A stretch of 64,000 nucleotides of DNA. Origin: an uncultured Gammaproteobacteria bacterium. Its GTDB lineage: Bacteria > Patescibacteriota > Microgenomatia > Daviesbacterales > UBA10151. A program made the position numbers and the translations under genes. Location: positions 22,607 to 86,606 of the forward strand of contig CAYMZD010000003.1 in NCBI GenBank assembly GCA_964394855.1. Reading direction: 5' to 3'. The notes beneath the pieces are model-generated. The model saw nothing but the letters and a program-made list of their open reading frames with translations. It was not told the origin of the DNA and did no database searches. Positions 16,950-25,497 of the stretch are shown one piece after another (position 1 is the first letter of the stretch; every line of letters begins with the position of its first letter).

Positions 16950-18022
16950 ATTTTTTTAATAATTCGTTTGACAACCTCGTCTAATCTAACTGACTTTGCT
17001 CCTTTAACCAAACAAACATCTCCTTTTACCAACACCTTTAAAAGTTTAGACACCATTTGCGGATTTTGCAAATTAGCTTCCATCTTTTCTGTTAAAAAAC
17101 CTAGTCTTTTTAACTCATCAGCTATAATATTGGCTGCTCCTACTCCCAAAAAAACTAGATCTACTTTTTCTCTATATATTTTTTGAGCTATTTTTCTGTG
17201 TAAGATCTCTGTATCTATATTGTCATCTTTCATCTCTCCAAAACATAAAATCCGTCTTCTGACAGATAACTGCTGCAGCGTATCAATCGCACCTTCAACA
17301 GATAAATAGGTGCCCTCACCCAGATCATCCAAAACCACAGCACCATTAAATCCTGGTAAAACTTGCAGTTCATTTTCCTGTTGGGGAATTTTCTCCAGGT
17401 AATTCTTAATAGCAATCAGTGAAATTCCTTCGTTTAAAGCCAAGGCACTGGCTGCTAAAATTGAGTAAATATGATGTTCACCTAAAATAGGAAGTTTTAT
17501 TTTTACCCTCTCTACTCCATAATTAATTTCAAACGAGGAATTAAAATCCTCAATTTTTAGATTACTAAGCCAAACCTGGCAATTTTCACTATCCTGACCA
17601 AAATAAATAACTCTGGCTTTTGAGTTATCAGCTAATTTTCTCACTGCCAAATCATCATAATTTAAAATTACCAACCCATCATTTGATAATGTACTCGAAA
17701 TTCTATTTATTTCACTGATTATCTTCTTACCAGCTAAAGTCAAACTACTCACAATAATAACATTGGGAGTAATGTTCTCCCATGAATTATCCATATGGTC
17801 TTTCTTTTGATTTAAATCCAAGATTATTCTTCCCTTTTTAGGTCTTATAGCCCACAATTTAATTCCTGGTTTGGTAGTAATGACTGAATATTTTTTAGAC
17901 AGAATGTGCTGCAGCGTCAGTATGATAGTTTTGCTAAAATTACCGACCACACCAATAAAAACTTCTTGGGGAATAATTTTGATATATTGTTTGCCAATAA
18001 AAGATAAAAATGGAATTTCCAA
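16946..18022 (-). CDS. Mur ligase family protein, MurF-like by position, with no N-terminal domain and a degenerate P-loop
   Basis: Central-domain end ILGEHHIYSILAASALAL and the C-terminal domain (GEGTYLSVEGAIDTL ... LGVGAANIIADEL) look Mur-ligase-like. The ATP P-loop reads GVVGNFSKT instead of the usual GxTGTNGKTT. Confidence 0.5.
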   Translation of the reverse strand: MEIPFLSFIGKQYIKIIPQEVFIGVVGNFSKTIILTLQHILSKKYSVITTKPGIKLWAIRPKKGRIILDLNQKKDHMDNSWENITPNVIIVSSLTLAGKKIISEINRISSTLSNDGLVILNYDDLAVRKLADNSKARVIYFGQDSENCQVWLSNLKIEDFNSSFEINYGVERVKIKLPILGEHHIYSILAASALALNEGISLIAIKNYLEKIPQQENELQVLPGFNGAVVLDDLGEGTYLSVEGAIDTLQQLSVRRRILCFGEMKDDNIDTEILHRKIAQKIYREKVDLVFLGVGAANIIADELKRLGFLTEKMEANLQNPQMVSKLLKVLVKGDVCLVKGAKSVRLDEVVKRIIKKI

Positions 18023-18023
18023 A

Positions 18024-19283
18024 TTAAGCCTCTCTTTTTATATTAACACCCAATTTAGTAAGTTTTTCGACAACGTTTTCATAACCTCTTTCTATTAACT
18101 CTGCTTTGTGAATAGTGCTTTTTCCGGATGCCACCGCTGCCGCCAATACTAAAGCCATACCAGCCCTTATATCAGGACTTTCTAAATCGCGTCCTTTAAG
18201 TTTAGATGGACCATACACTAAAACTCGGTGGGGATCGGCAATAGTAATATCTGCCCCCATGGCAATTAACTTATCAACAAAAAACATTCTACTTTCATAT
18301 ATCCAGTCATGGCATAAAGTGATGCCTTTACTTTGAGTAGCCAAAACAATGGTAGGACTCATCATATCAGTGGGAAAACCAGGCCAAAGACCTGTTACAA
18401 TTTTCTTCGGGGAAGTGAGTTTTTGCCCAGAGAAAATAAATTTACCATCCTTAAATTCAGCCTTAAGGCCAAATCTCTTAAGAGGTTCTATAACAGGATC
18501 AGCATCTATCCCACTTGCGCCACTTACCACAACTTTTCCAGAAGTCATGGCTGCGGCAATAGCATAGACGCCCATTTCCAGATGATCCCCAGATAAGCAA
18601 AATTTCGTTCCAGACAGTTTTTTAACCCCCTCTATCATCAAGTTTGTTGTTCCCACCCCCGAAATATTTGCACCCATAGATATTAAAAGTCGGCACAAAT
18701 CAACAACATGCGGATCAGCAGCGCAGTTTCTGATATGGACTTTACCAGGATATAAAACAGAGGCTAAAATTAAATTTTCCGTACCAGTCACAGAAGTTAT
18801 GTTTTGGAAAATATGGCAAATTCTCTTTGACATGGATTTTTGGGGATAGCCAACAGTAAAATACAAATCGTCTTGAGTGATCTTTGCTCCAAGAGTAGCA
18901 AAACCATCAAGATGAACTTCAAAACTTCTTCTGCCAATGATATCTCCTCCGGGATAATGGAACTTGACCCTTCCAAGTCTTGACAGTAACGGCCCGACCA
19001 AAACAATTGAACCCCTTAGCTTTACTACCAAATCATCAGGCAGGCTTGATTTTAAATTGGCTGATTTTAAACTAACTGCTCCGTTTCTCCTTAAAACTTT
19101 TACCCCAATTTTTTCTAGAATTTGTAGCAAAATATCCGTGTCTTTAATCTCGGGGATATTTTCTAAAATAACCTCATCTTCTGTTAAAAGTGCTGCCGCC
19201 ATACAGGGAAAAATGGAATTTTTATTACCAGATATTGTTACTTTCCCCAGTAGGGAATTGCCACCTTCAATAATATATTTCAT
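18024..19283 (-). CDS. murA: UDP-N-acetylglucosamine 1-carboxyvinyltransferase MurA
   Basis: MKYIIEGGNSLLGKVTISGNKNSIFPCMAAAL is the canonical MurA N-terminus. Two-domain EPT fold, 419 aa. Confidence 0.9.
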   Translation of the reverse strand: MKYIIEGGNSLLGKVTISGNKNSIFPCMAAALLTEDEVILENIPEIKDTDILLQILEKIGVKVLRRNGAVSLKSANLKSSLPDDLVVKLRGSIVLVGPLLSRLGRVKFHYPGGDIIGRRSFEVHLDGFATLGAKITQDDLYFTVGYPQKSMSKRICHIFQNITSVTGTENLILASVLYPGKVHIRNCAADPHVVDLCRLLISMGANISGVGTTNLMIEGVKKLSGTKFCLSGDHLEMGVYAIAAAMTSGKVVVSGASGIDADPVIEPLKRFGLKAEFKDGKFIFSGQKLTSPKKIVTGLWPGFPTDMMSPTIVLATQSKGITLCHDWIYESRMFFVDKLIAMGADITIADPHRVLVYGPSKLKGRDLESPDIRAGMALVLAAAVASGKSTIHKAELIERGYENVVEKLTKLGVNIKREA

Positions 19284-19284
19284 G

Positions 19285-19863
19285 TTAAATTCTCGCCTTA
19301 AATCGAAATACAGCAGATAAAATCAAGTGCTTACTTAACTTAAGATCCTCGGGGGCGATCTGTTCAATTTCTCCATTTTCTAAGACTTTGATAGTTTTTA
19401 CTTTTGACTGAAGTAATTTATTTAAAAATAAATTCCCTCCAACCGTACCCGGAAGTCCCTTAATTTCATCAGTTTGTAAACCTTGCTTATTTAAAAATTC
19501 CCATAGCCTGTTAATACTTACTCCTGAATCAACCTCTATCAAAGCTTCATCAACTCCTAAAGATTTTTGAGCCACCTTACCTTTAATACCCACTATATTC
19601 ATGTGTTGAGTTCTGTTTTTAACCACCAGTCCATCAAAACCTTGATCAGCAATAACAATCTTACTGCCAGAACCTATCACCAAATAAGGAACAGTCAGTT
19701 GTTCTGCCATTTGGACAATTTTAGCAAGTTCATGAGTAGTAAAAGCCACGAAAAAAATTTTAGATGGACCACCCAAAGCTACTGTTGTATGGTTGGCCAG
19801 GGGTTCGTCCATTTTGAAACGATCCCTGCCAAATGAACTAATAAGTAAGTTTAGTTTATCCAT
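19285..19863 (-). CDS. murB: UDP-N-acetylenolpyruvoylglucosamine reductase MurB, short form: FAD-binding domain only, 192 aa
   Basis: LANHTTVALGGPSKIFFVAFT, GSGSKIVIADQGFDGLVV and GLPGTVGGNLFLN match the MurB FAD-binding half. The ORF ends 1 nt before the murA start, so the roughly 100-aa C-terminal substrate-binding part is absent. Confidence 0.6.
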   Translation of the reverse strand: MDKLNLLISSFGRDRFKMDEPLANHTTVALGGPSKIFFVAFTTHELAKIVQMAEQLTVPYLVIGSGSKIVIADQGFDGLVVKNRTQHMNIVGIKGKVAQKSLGVDEALIEVDSGVSINRLWEFLNKQGLQTDEIKGLPGTVGGNLFLNKLLQSKVKTIKVLENGEIEQIAPEDLKLSKHLILSAVFRFKARI

Positions 19864-21070
19864 TCTTCAACGCATCCTCACAAGCTTTTCTATCAGACCA
19901 AGGCAACTCTTTCTTGCCATCTAAATTAATAGACTTTTCATGACCTTTACCAAAAATTCCCACCGTATCACCCTTTTTAGCTAAAATATTAATGGCAAAA
20001 TCAATGGCTTTTTTTCTATCATCAATTATATAAAAATTCACCCCCTCTTTGGCTCCGGCTTTTTTTGCCCCTTTTTTAATTTGCTGGTTGATAGCTTTAA
20101 GTTCTCCTCTTGGATCAACAGCGGTCAGAATTACCATATCAGAAAGTTGCTGGGCTATTTTTCCCATCATCCACCGCTTTTTAATATCCCTCTGGCCTTC
20201 TGCCCCGGTAATGGTAATCAGCTTCCCTGATGGAGTTTGTGTTCGCAGGGCCATAAGAGCTTTTTCTAAACCATTAGGTGTGTGAGCGAAATCAATGATA
20301 ATCCTTAAACCATTATTATTTTTTACCCCTTCCATTCTACCTGTTAACCCTTTAAATTGCAGCAGGGATTTGACTACCCGTCTTTGATCAACCCCCAAAT
20401 AAGTAGTGGTTGCCAAAGCAGCTAGGGCATTTTCAATATTGTAATCTCCTGGTACTTGTAACTTAATCCTTAAATCTTGTTGATTAACATCACCTCTTTC
20501 TAACCCAAAGGTAATTATCTTAGCCAATAACTTACCCGATCGTTTAACATATTGGTTAAGGTTGCAATTGATAATGGCTACCCTTACACCCTTCAATAGT
20601 TTTAATTTAGTTTTGATGTAACTGGTTTTGGTCCGATGATAATCTAGGTGTTCATGAGTAATATTGGTAATCACTCCCACCTTAAATTTCACCCCCCAAA
20701 ACCTGAATTGATCCAAGCCGTGAGAGGTTACTTCCAAAATTAAATATTCATCTCCATGATCTAATGCTTGCTTGGTCAATTTCTGTACCACAAAAGGATC
20801 AGGAGAGGTCACATGAAAGCCTGTATCGTAGGATTTTCCAGCAATTTCCGCATTGATAGTTGAAACTAGAGAAACCTTTTTACCAGCATCCTTTAAAATC
20901 TGGTAAATCATATTAACTGTAGTAGTTTTACCATCTGTACCGGTCACCCCGATTACTGCTAAATCTTTTGACGGGAAGCCATAAAAAATATTGGCCAAAA
21001 AGGCCTTGGGCAAATGCCAAAAATAATTTATCATCCATTGAGATAAAAACCGCCTTAATAATTTTTTCAT
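19856..21070 (-). CDS. murE: Mur ligase, MurE-like (UDP-MurNAc-L-Ala-D-Glu:diamino acid ligase), lacking the N-terminal domain
   Basis: P-loop GVTGTDGKTTT sits only 37 aa from the N-terminus. C-terminal TAVDPRGE (DNPR-like, DAP-type specificity motif) and GKGHE are present. Confidence 0.65.
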   Translation of the reverse strand: MKKLLRRFLSQWMINYFWHLPKAFLANIFYGFPSKDLAVIGVTGTDGKTTTVNMIYQILKDAGKKVSLVSTINAEIAGKSYDTGFHVTSPDPFVVQKLTKQALDHGDEYLILEVTSHGLDQFRFWGVKFKVGVITNITHEHLDYHRTKTSYIKTKLKLLKGVRVAIINCNLNQYVKRSGKLLAKIITFGLERGDVNQQDLRIKLQVPGDYNIENALAALATTTYLGVDQRRVVKSLLQFKGLTGRMEGVKNNNGLRIIIDFAHTPNGLEKALMALRTQTPSGKLITITGAEGQRDIKKRWMMGKIAQQLSDMVILTAVDPRGELKAINQQIKKGAKKAGAKEGVNFYIIDDRKKAIDFAINILAKKGDTVGIFGKGHEKSINLDGKKELPWSDRKACEDALKNG

Positions 21071-21084
21071 TGAAGCTAATTATA

Positions 21085-22788
21085 TCATTGTGCCTCTGTT
21101 GGAGCTATTCTGTAATAAGTAAAAAGCTCTTTGGCTATTTCAAAAAAGGTGGGAGCGGCTGTTTCTGAACCAAAGATTGAAACCGAGGGTTGGTTATAAA
21201 GCACTAAGATGACAAACTTGGGACTATCGGCCGGGGCAAATCCCACAAATGAGGCGATGGTTTTATTGGGATCATAATGACCAGCCACGGGAATTTGGGC
21301 AGTCCCAGTTTTACCAGCAATCTTAAAACCTTTTGGCTTGGCCCATTTAGCCTCACCCTCATCCACAGCCTTTACCATCATCTCTGTTAAAACTTTAGCA
21401 GCTTCTTCGCTGATAACTCTTCTGATAAATTTGGGCTTAATTTCAAATCTTTTATTGTCATCTTCTATGGCTTTTACTACTTGAGGTTGCATCAAATTCC
21501 CACCACTAGCTAGTGAAGCCACTGCAGCCACCATTTGAATGGGAGTAACTGCAATTCCTTGACCAAATGAGCTTGTAGCCAAATCTATCTCTCTCCAGCT
21601 TTCTTTAGATCGAAGATTTGGTGAAAACTCATCTTGTAAATCAATACCTGTTTCTTGACCAAATCCAAAATCTACCAGATAAGAATAAAGTTTATCCAAT
21701 CCTAACTTTCTTGATACAAAAACCATACCGGTATTATCAGAATGTATGATAGTTTCCTCCATGGTAGTTTCTGGATAATACTTATTATTCCAAGTTCTAA
21801 TAGTAAAACCACCAATTTGTACCGCTTCAGCGCAACTATCACATTTTGTATCTGGCTTGATAATATGTTCGTTTAAGGCAGCCGCCATCACCAAAACCTT
21901 AAAAATGGAACCAGGCTCAAAACTATCAGCCACAATGGAATTTTTATAATATTCCTTGGCAAACTGGCTGAAATTAGCTGGATCATAATTAGGATAGGTA
22001 GCCAAAGCCAACACAGCTCCTGTTTTAGGATCTAAAACCACAGCCGAAGCACCTTTAGCCTCATACTTTTCAAATCCTTTTCTTAAAGCCTTCTCTACAA
22101 TATATTGCACAGCTCTATCAATATTTAGTATTAAATTTTTACCATCTTTGCCAAAATTGCCAAATGATTGACCAATTAAAATAGGCAGCCCAGCTGCATC
22201 TTTTTCCTGTCTGATGTTACCTGCCATGCCCTTGAGTTCTCCGTTATAAAAACCTTCTAAACCAAAATATCCCGTATCTTCACCTTTGGAGTTACTGGCC
22301 ACAAATCCCAGCAAATGGGCCGCACTGGAGCCTTCTGGGTAAAAACGACTATTTTCTTTTTCAAAGCCTAATCCTTTTATTTTAAGGCTCTCTATTTTCT
22401 TTTTTATTTCCAGCTCAACATTTCTTTGAAGAACCACCCAATATAAATCCTCTGACAATTTATCTTTAAGCTCTCTGCTCAAGCTTAATTCTTCTTCTTC
22501 TTCTTCTGTCAAGATTTTAGCTAATTTTGTGGCCACATTAGATTTATCCTCCTCTTTAAATAATTTTGGTAAACCATAAAGAAGGTATGTCGGCTTTGAA
22601 GAAACTAAAATGAAATTATCTGAAAATAAAATATCGCCTCTTTTGGCTTGAGTTTTTAAATCTTGAAAATGTTGGTTTTCAGCTTTGGCAGACAGTTCAT
22701 CTGCCATAACTACCTGCCAGTAAAAAAGGCGCGCTAAAACAGTTAAAAAGAGTAGAATCAGGAAAATCCTAGTAAATTTAATACGCAT
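21085..22788 (-). CDS. ftsI: Penicillin-binding protein, class B transpeptidase (FtsI/PBP3-like)
   Basis: N-terminal TM, SxxK (SIFK), SxN (HSDN) and KTG (KTGTAQ). Confidence 0.85.
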   Translation of the reverse strand: MRIKFTRIFLILLFLTVLARLFYWQVVMADELSAKAENQHFQDLKTQAKRGDILFSDNFILVSSKPTYLLYGLPKLFKEEDKSNVATKLAKILTEEEEEELSLSRELKDKLSEDLYWVVLQRNVELEIKKKIESLKIKGLGFEKENSRFYPEGSSAAHLLGFVASNSKGEDTGYFGLEGFYNGELKGMAGNIRQEKDAAGLPILIGQSFGNFGKDGKNLILNIDRAVQYIVEKALRKGFEKYEAKGASAVVLDPKTGAVLALATYPNYDPANFSQFAKEYYKNSIVADSFEPGSIFKVLVMAAALNEHIIKPDTKCDSCAEAVQIGGFTIRTWNNKYYPETTMEETIIHSDNTGMVFVSRKLGLDKLYSYLVDFGFGQETGIDLQDEFSPNLRSKESWREIDLATSSFGQGIAVTPIQMVAAVASLASGGNLMQPQVVKAIEDDNKRFEIKPKFIRRVISEEAAKVLTEMMVKAVDEGEAKWAKPKGFKIAGKTGTAQIPVAGHYDPNKTIASFVGFAPADSPKFVILVLYNQPSVSIFGSETAAPTFFEIAKELFTYYRIAPTEAQ

Positions 22789-23051
22789 TAACGAATATAT
22801 TGTATGATTTTGGGAGCAGTAAATCCAATATCAGCAGATTGGCTAGCTATTCTGGTAATGGCAGCGGCAGAAGCTATCTCATTTTCTAACAGCTGATTCT
22901 CCAAATTTAAGTTTTGTCGGAGATTTTCTATATCATTCATCTGTTCTCCCAAACTCACTGTAGTGTGAGAAACCCAGATTTCTATTACCACCAGTACCAA
23001 TAAAAAAAAGCTGATAAAAATTATTATTTTTTTGCTTCCCCAAATGCTCAT
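22788..23051 (-). CDS. ftsL: FtsL/DivIC-like septal protein (single TM plus coiled coil)
   Basis: 87 aa, with TM IIIFISFFLLVLVVIEIWV followed by a leucine-rich heptad region. Position between rsmH and ftsI. ATGA overlap with rsmH. Confidence 0.5.
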   Translation of the reverse strand: MSIWGSKKIIIFISFFLLVLVVIEIWVSHTTVSLGEQMNDIENLRQNLNLENQLLENEIASAAAITRIASQSADIGFTAPKIIQYIR

Positions 23052-23917
23052 ATCTTGGCAAAAATTCTTAATTTGGCCGATCTTGACCCTTGATTGGCCA
23101 CCATCTCCTTTGTAGAAGGAGTGATCGGCTTTTTGGTTAAAATCTCTCCTAGCTTAAGATCTTGCCAAGATTTAAATTGCTTTTTAACTATTCTATCTTC
23201 CAGAGAATGAAAACTAATGACCACTAGCTTACCACTTGTTTTTAACAAATCAAGTGCTTGCGGCAGCGCTTCTTCCAGCGCATTTAGTTCATCATTAACA
23301 GCAATACGCAGAGCTTGAAACACTTTAGTAGCTGGATGGATTTTTCCATGCCTACCTTTAATCCTTTCTACGATACTGGCTAACTCTGTAGTTTTGTGTA
23401 TTGGTTTCACCGAACGGGCGAGAACCACAGCAGCAGAAATGGCTTTAGCAAATCCTTCTTCACCCAGTTTAGTAAATAGTTCATATAACTCTCCTTTATT
23501 TAAACCATTAACAAGATCCATTGCTTTGACTGGTAATTTCAAATCCATCCTCATATCTAATGGTCCATTTTTAGAAAAGGAAAAACCTCTTTTGGAACTG
23601 TCCAGTTGCCAAGTTGATACTCCCAAGTCAAATAAAATACCAGCAAATTTTTTGTTGACTAATTTTTTCAGGTTTCTAAAGTTCCCTGCTACTTGTTTAA
23701 ACCTCTGACCCCCAAGTCTTAACTTTCTAAATCTGGTGCTAGTTCTTGCTACCGCCTCCAGGTCTATATCTAAACCAATAACGTTTCCTTTACTCTTTAA
23801 GATTTCCAGTGAGTGGCCGCCATCTCCCAAAGTAGCATCCAAATACCACCTACCAGGTTTTATATCTAGAGCTTGCACGACCTCTTTCAGAAGAACGGGC
23901 TTATGATAATCTACCAT
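23048..23917 (-). CDS. rsmH: 16S rRNA (cytosine1402-N4)-methyltransferase RsmH (MraW)
   Basis: MVDYHKPVLLKEVVQAL ... DATLGDGGHS is the RsmH signature. Start chosen at M23 of the track ORF, which leaves a 17-nt overlap with mraZ. Confidence 0.85.
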   Translation of the reverse strand: MVDYHKPVLLKEVVQALDIKPGRWYLDATLGDGGHSLEILKSKGNVIGLDIDLEAVARTSTRFRKLRLGGQRFKQVAGNFRNLKKLVNKKFAGILFDLGVSTWQLDSSKRGFSFSKNGPLDMRMDLKLPVKAMDLVNGLNKGELYELFTKLGEEGFAKAISAAVVLARSVKPIHKTTELASIVERIKGRHGKIHPATKVFQALRIAVNDELNALEEALPQALDLLKTSGKLVVISFHSLEDRIVKKQFKSWQDLKLGEILTKKPITPSTKEMVANQGSRSAKLRIFAKI

Positions 23918-24311
23918 ACCTTTGTTTGATTTTAGCAAGTTCTCTACCCCATAATCTAGCGTCCCAGATTTCAAAATGATCACCAGCGCCTACTATGACC
24001 GCTTCTTTCTTCACCCGCGCGAAAGTCAGCAGGGCCGACGGAACCACAAACCTACCTTGAGTGTCTAACTCCACTGACTCGCTACCTGAAAACAAATATC
24101 TTCTTAAATTTCTGGCCCGTTCTTCTGTGGCAGAAACCTCTATTTGCTTTTTGGCTAATTCCTCAAAACCCTCTTTACTAAAACCCCAGATACAACCCTC
24201 AAAACCACGACTTAGGACAATCTCTTTACCAGCTAGCTCATCTCTTAACTTCCTGGGTAGAATTAACCTTCCCTTACCTGTAAAATTGGTGTAATATTCG
24301 CCCAAAAACAT
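23901..24311 (-). CDS. mraZ: Transcriptional regulator MraZ
   Basis: MFLGEYYTNFTGKGRLILPRKLRDEL shows the duplicated MraZ/SpoVT-AbrB fold. The start was moved to M4, where the RBS GGAAGG lies 9 nt upstream. The track ATG at 24320 directly abuts the RBS. Confidence 0.85.
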   Translation of the reverse strand: MFLGEYYTNFTGKGRLILPRKLRDELAGKEIVLSRGFEGCIWGFSKEGFEELAKKQIEVSATEERARNLRRYLFSGSESVELDTQGRFVVPSALLTFARVKKEAVIVGAGDHFEIWDARLWGRELAKIKQRYGRLS

Positions 24312-24340
24312 GAAGGACATCCTTCCTGATTGGGCAGATT

Positions 24341-24394
24341 CACCTTAAATCACCATCTATAACCATTTTGAACCATACTAAAGCTACTTGTCAA
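24341..24394 (-). promoter_or_regulatory. Putative mraZ/dcw promoter-operator: four 10-bp-phased direct repeats plus an adjacent TTGACA
   Basis: Plus strand 24341-24376 reads CACCTTaaat CACCATctat AACCATtttg AACCATacta. On the minus strand these are ATGGTT, ATGGTT, ATGGTG, AAGGTG at exact 10-bp spacing. A TTGACA lies at 24389-24394 (minus). This is the classic MraZ-box layout of a GTGG-type repeat at helical-turn periodicity. Confidence 0.4.
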
Positions 24395-24403
24395 GCCCCC
24401 ATT

Positions 24404-25279
24404 TTAAGGATTAGAAAGAGTTAACACTGCAAAAATTCCTGATCCATCAGTAGAACCGGAAAGTTTTCCTTCTTCCCCTTTTGATTCCATTTCCAGCCAT
24501 TTGTTATCTTTTTCCGAAAATCTGGCTAGTTTAGCATCAGCTGGGGGATTTTCAGCCAGTTCAATACTCACTTGTCCACCCTTTAACTCCTTAGCCAAAG
24601 GTACATTTAAACTATAAACTTTACCCAAAACCTCCCTACCTTCTGGTAGTTTAGGTAGACCTGTTAAATCATTAATAATGGTGTATCCAGTTAACGCCAA
24701 TTCCGATCTATCAGCTTTGACAAAGTATTTAAAGTGGCCATCGCCCGAACTTAAAACTCCCAAAGCTACATCTGGCCGCTGCAAATGCCATTGAGTGATC
24801 ATTTTCAAAGCCCTGGCACCTTTTTTAATATGTAAAGTTAATGTACCATTTTCCACATCCTTATCATATTTACACACATTTTTAGAGCAGGTCCCCAAAA
24901 GTATTTCTTGTTCATATTCTCCCTTTTTTACCTTAGTATCAATGCTTCCCACCACTCCACGATCAATTCCTTCTGCATTATAAGCCAGCTCATAGGAAAT
25001 GGTATCATAAGAAGAAGTACGCTTTAAGCTTAGAATCAAAGCATTGCCATCACGGCGAGGAATAAGTACCGCATAAGGTCCTTCTGCATCAAAAGAAATT
25101 TCATTTTCTTCTACAACTTGACTGGAAGAACCACTAAATTTTTGAAAAAAAGAAAATCCACCAAAGAAAATTAATAAAACTGCCAATAATAAGCTTAAAG
25201 TAATTTTGTTTTTAGCATAAATATTTAATAATCTGGGCAGAAAATTATTCACTTTGTGCTTTTGCCCATGGTGGGCCAA
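24404..25279 (-). CDS. Hypothetical membrane-anchored (signal-anchor) extracytoplasmic protein
   Basis: One N-terminal TM (ITLSLLLAVLLIFFGGFSFF), then a roughly 240-aa soluble domain rich in beta-type residues. No recognisable catalytic motifs. Confidence 0.45.
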   Translation of the reverse strand: MAHHGQKHKVNNFLPRLLNIYAKNKITLSLLLAVLLIFFGGFSFFQKFSGSSSQVVEENEISFDAEGPYAVLIPRRDGNALILSLKRTSSYDTISYELAYNAEGIDRGVVGSIDTKVKKGEYEQEILLGTCSKNVCKYDKDVENGTLTLHIKKGARALKMITQWHLQRPDVALGVLSSGDGHFKYFVKADRSELALTGYTIINDLTGLPKLPEGREVLGKVYSLNVPLAKELKGGQVSIELAENPPADAKLARFSEKDNKWLEMESKGEEGKLSGSTDGSGIFAVLTLSNP

Positions 25280-25497
25280 TGAATTTCAAAATCTTCTGCT
25301 TTACGAGGTATGGGCATAGTTGGCTCTTGCCCATCAATTGATACACGGGACACTGGTGCCTTAGAAAGTGCCACTCTTCTTGCTACAGCATTCCAGACTG
25401 CTCTTTCCAAATCTTCCCCTGGACCTGGGCGAACTCTTTCTGCATATTCAAACCCCCTCCCACTGATAAAAGCCTCCGACTGATCCTTTTCCGGCAC

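Noticed and set aside
22493-22507. (TTC)n microsatellite-like run
   Set aside because: It lies inside ftsI and simply encodes a run of Glu (EEEEE) in a linker. It is not an intergenic repeat element.
25330-25420. Resemblance to the SRP RNA domain IV motif (CAGGTCC...GGAAG...AGCAG)
   Set aside because: Only a partial match to the GGUCCGGAAGGAAGCAGC core was found. I could not fold a convincing helix 8 by hand. Infernal is needed before calling it.
25249-25497. 82-codon minus-strand ORF called as a protein-coding gene
   Set aside because: It starts on the codon right after the glyQS TAA in the same frame. Its R/A/G/P-rich composition is unlike the proteome, and it is most simply a chance open frame in a locally GC-rich segment. 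It is kept as a finding (possible ncRNA) rather than as a CDS.
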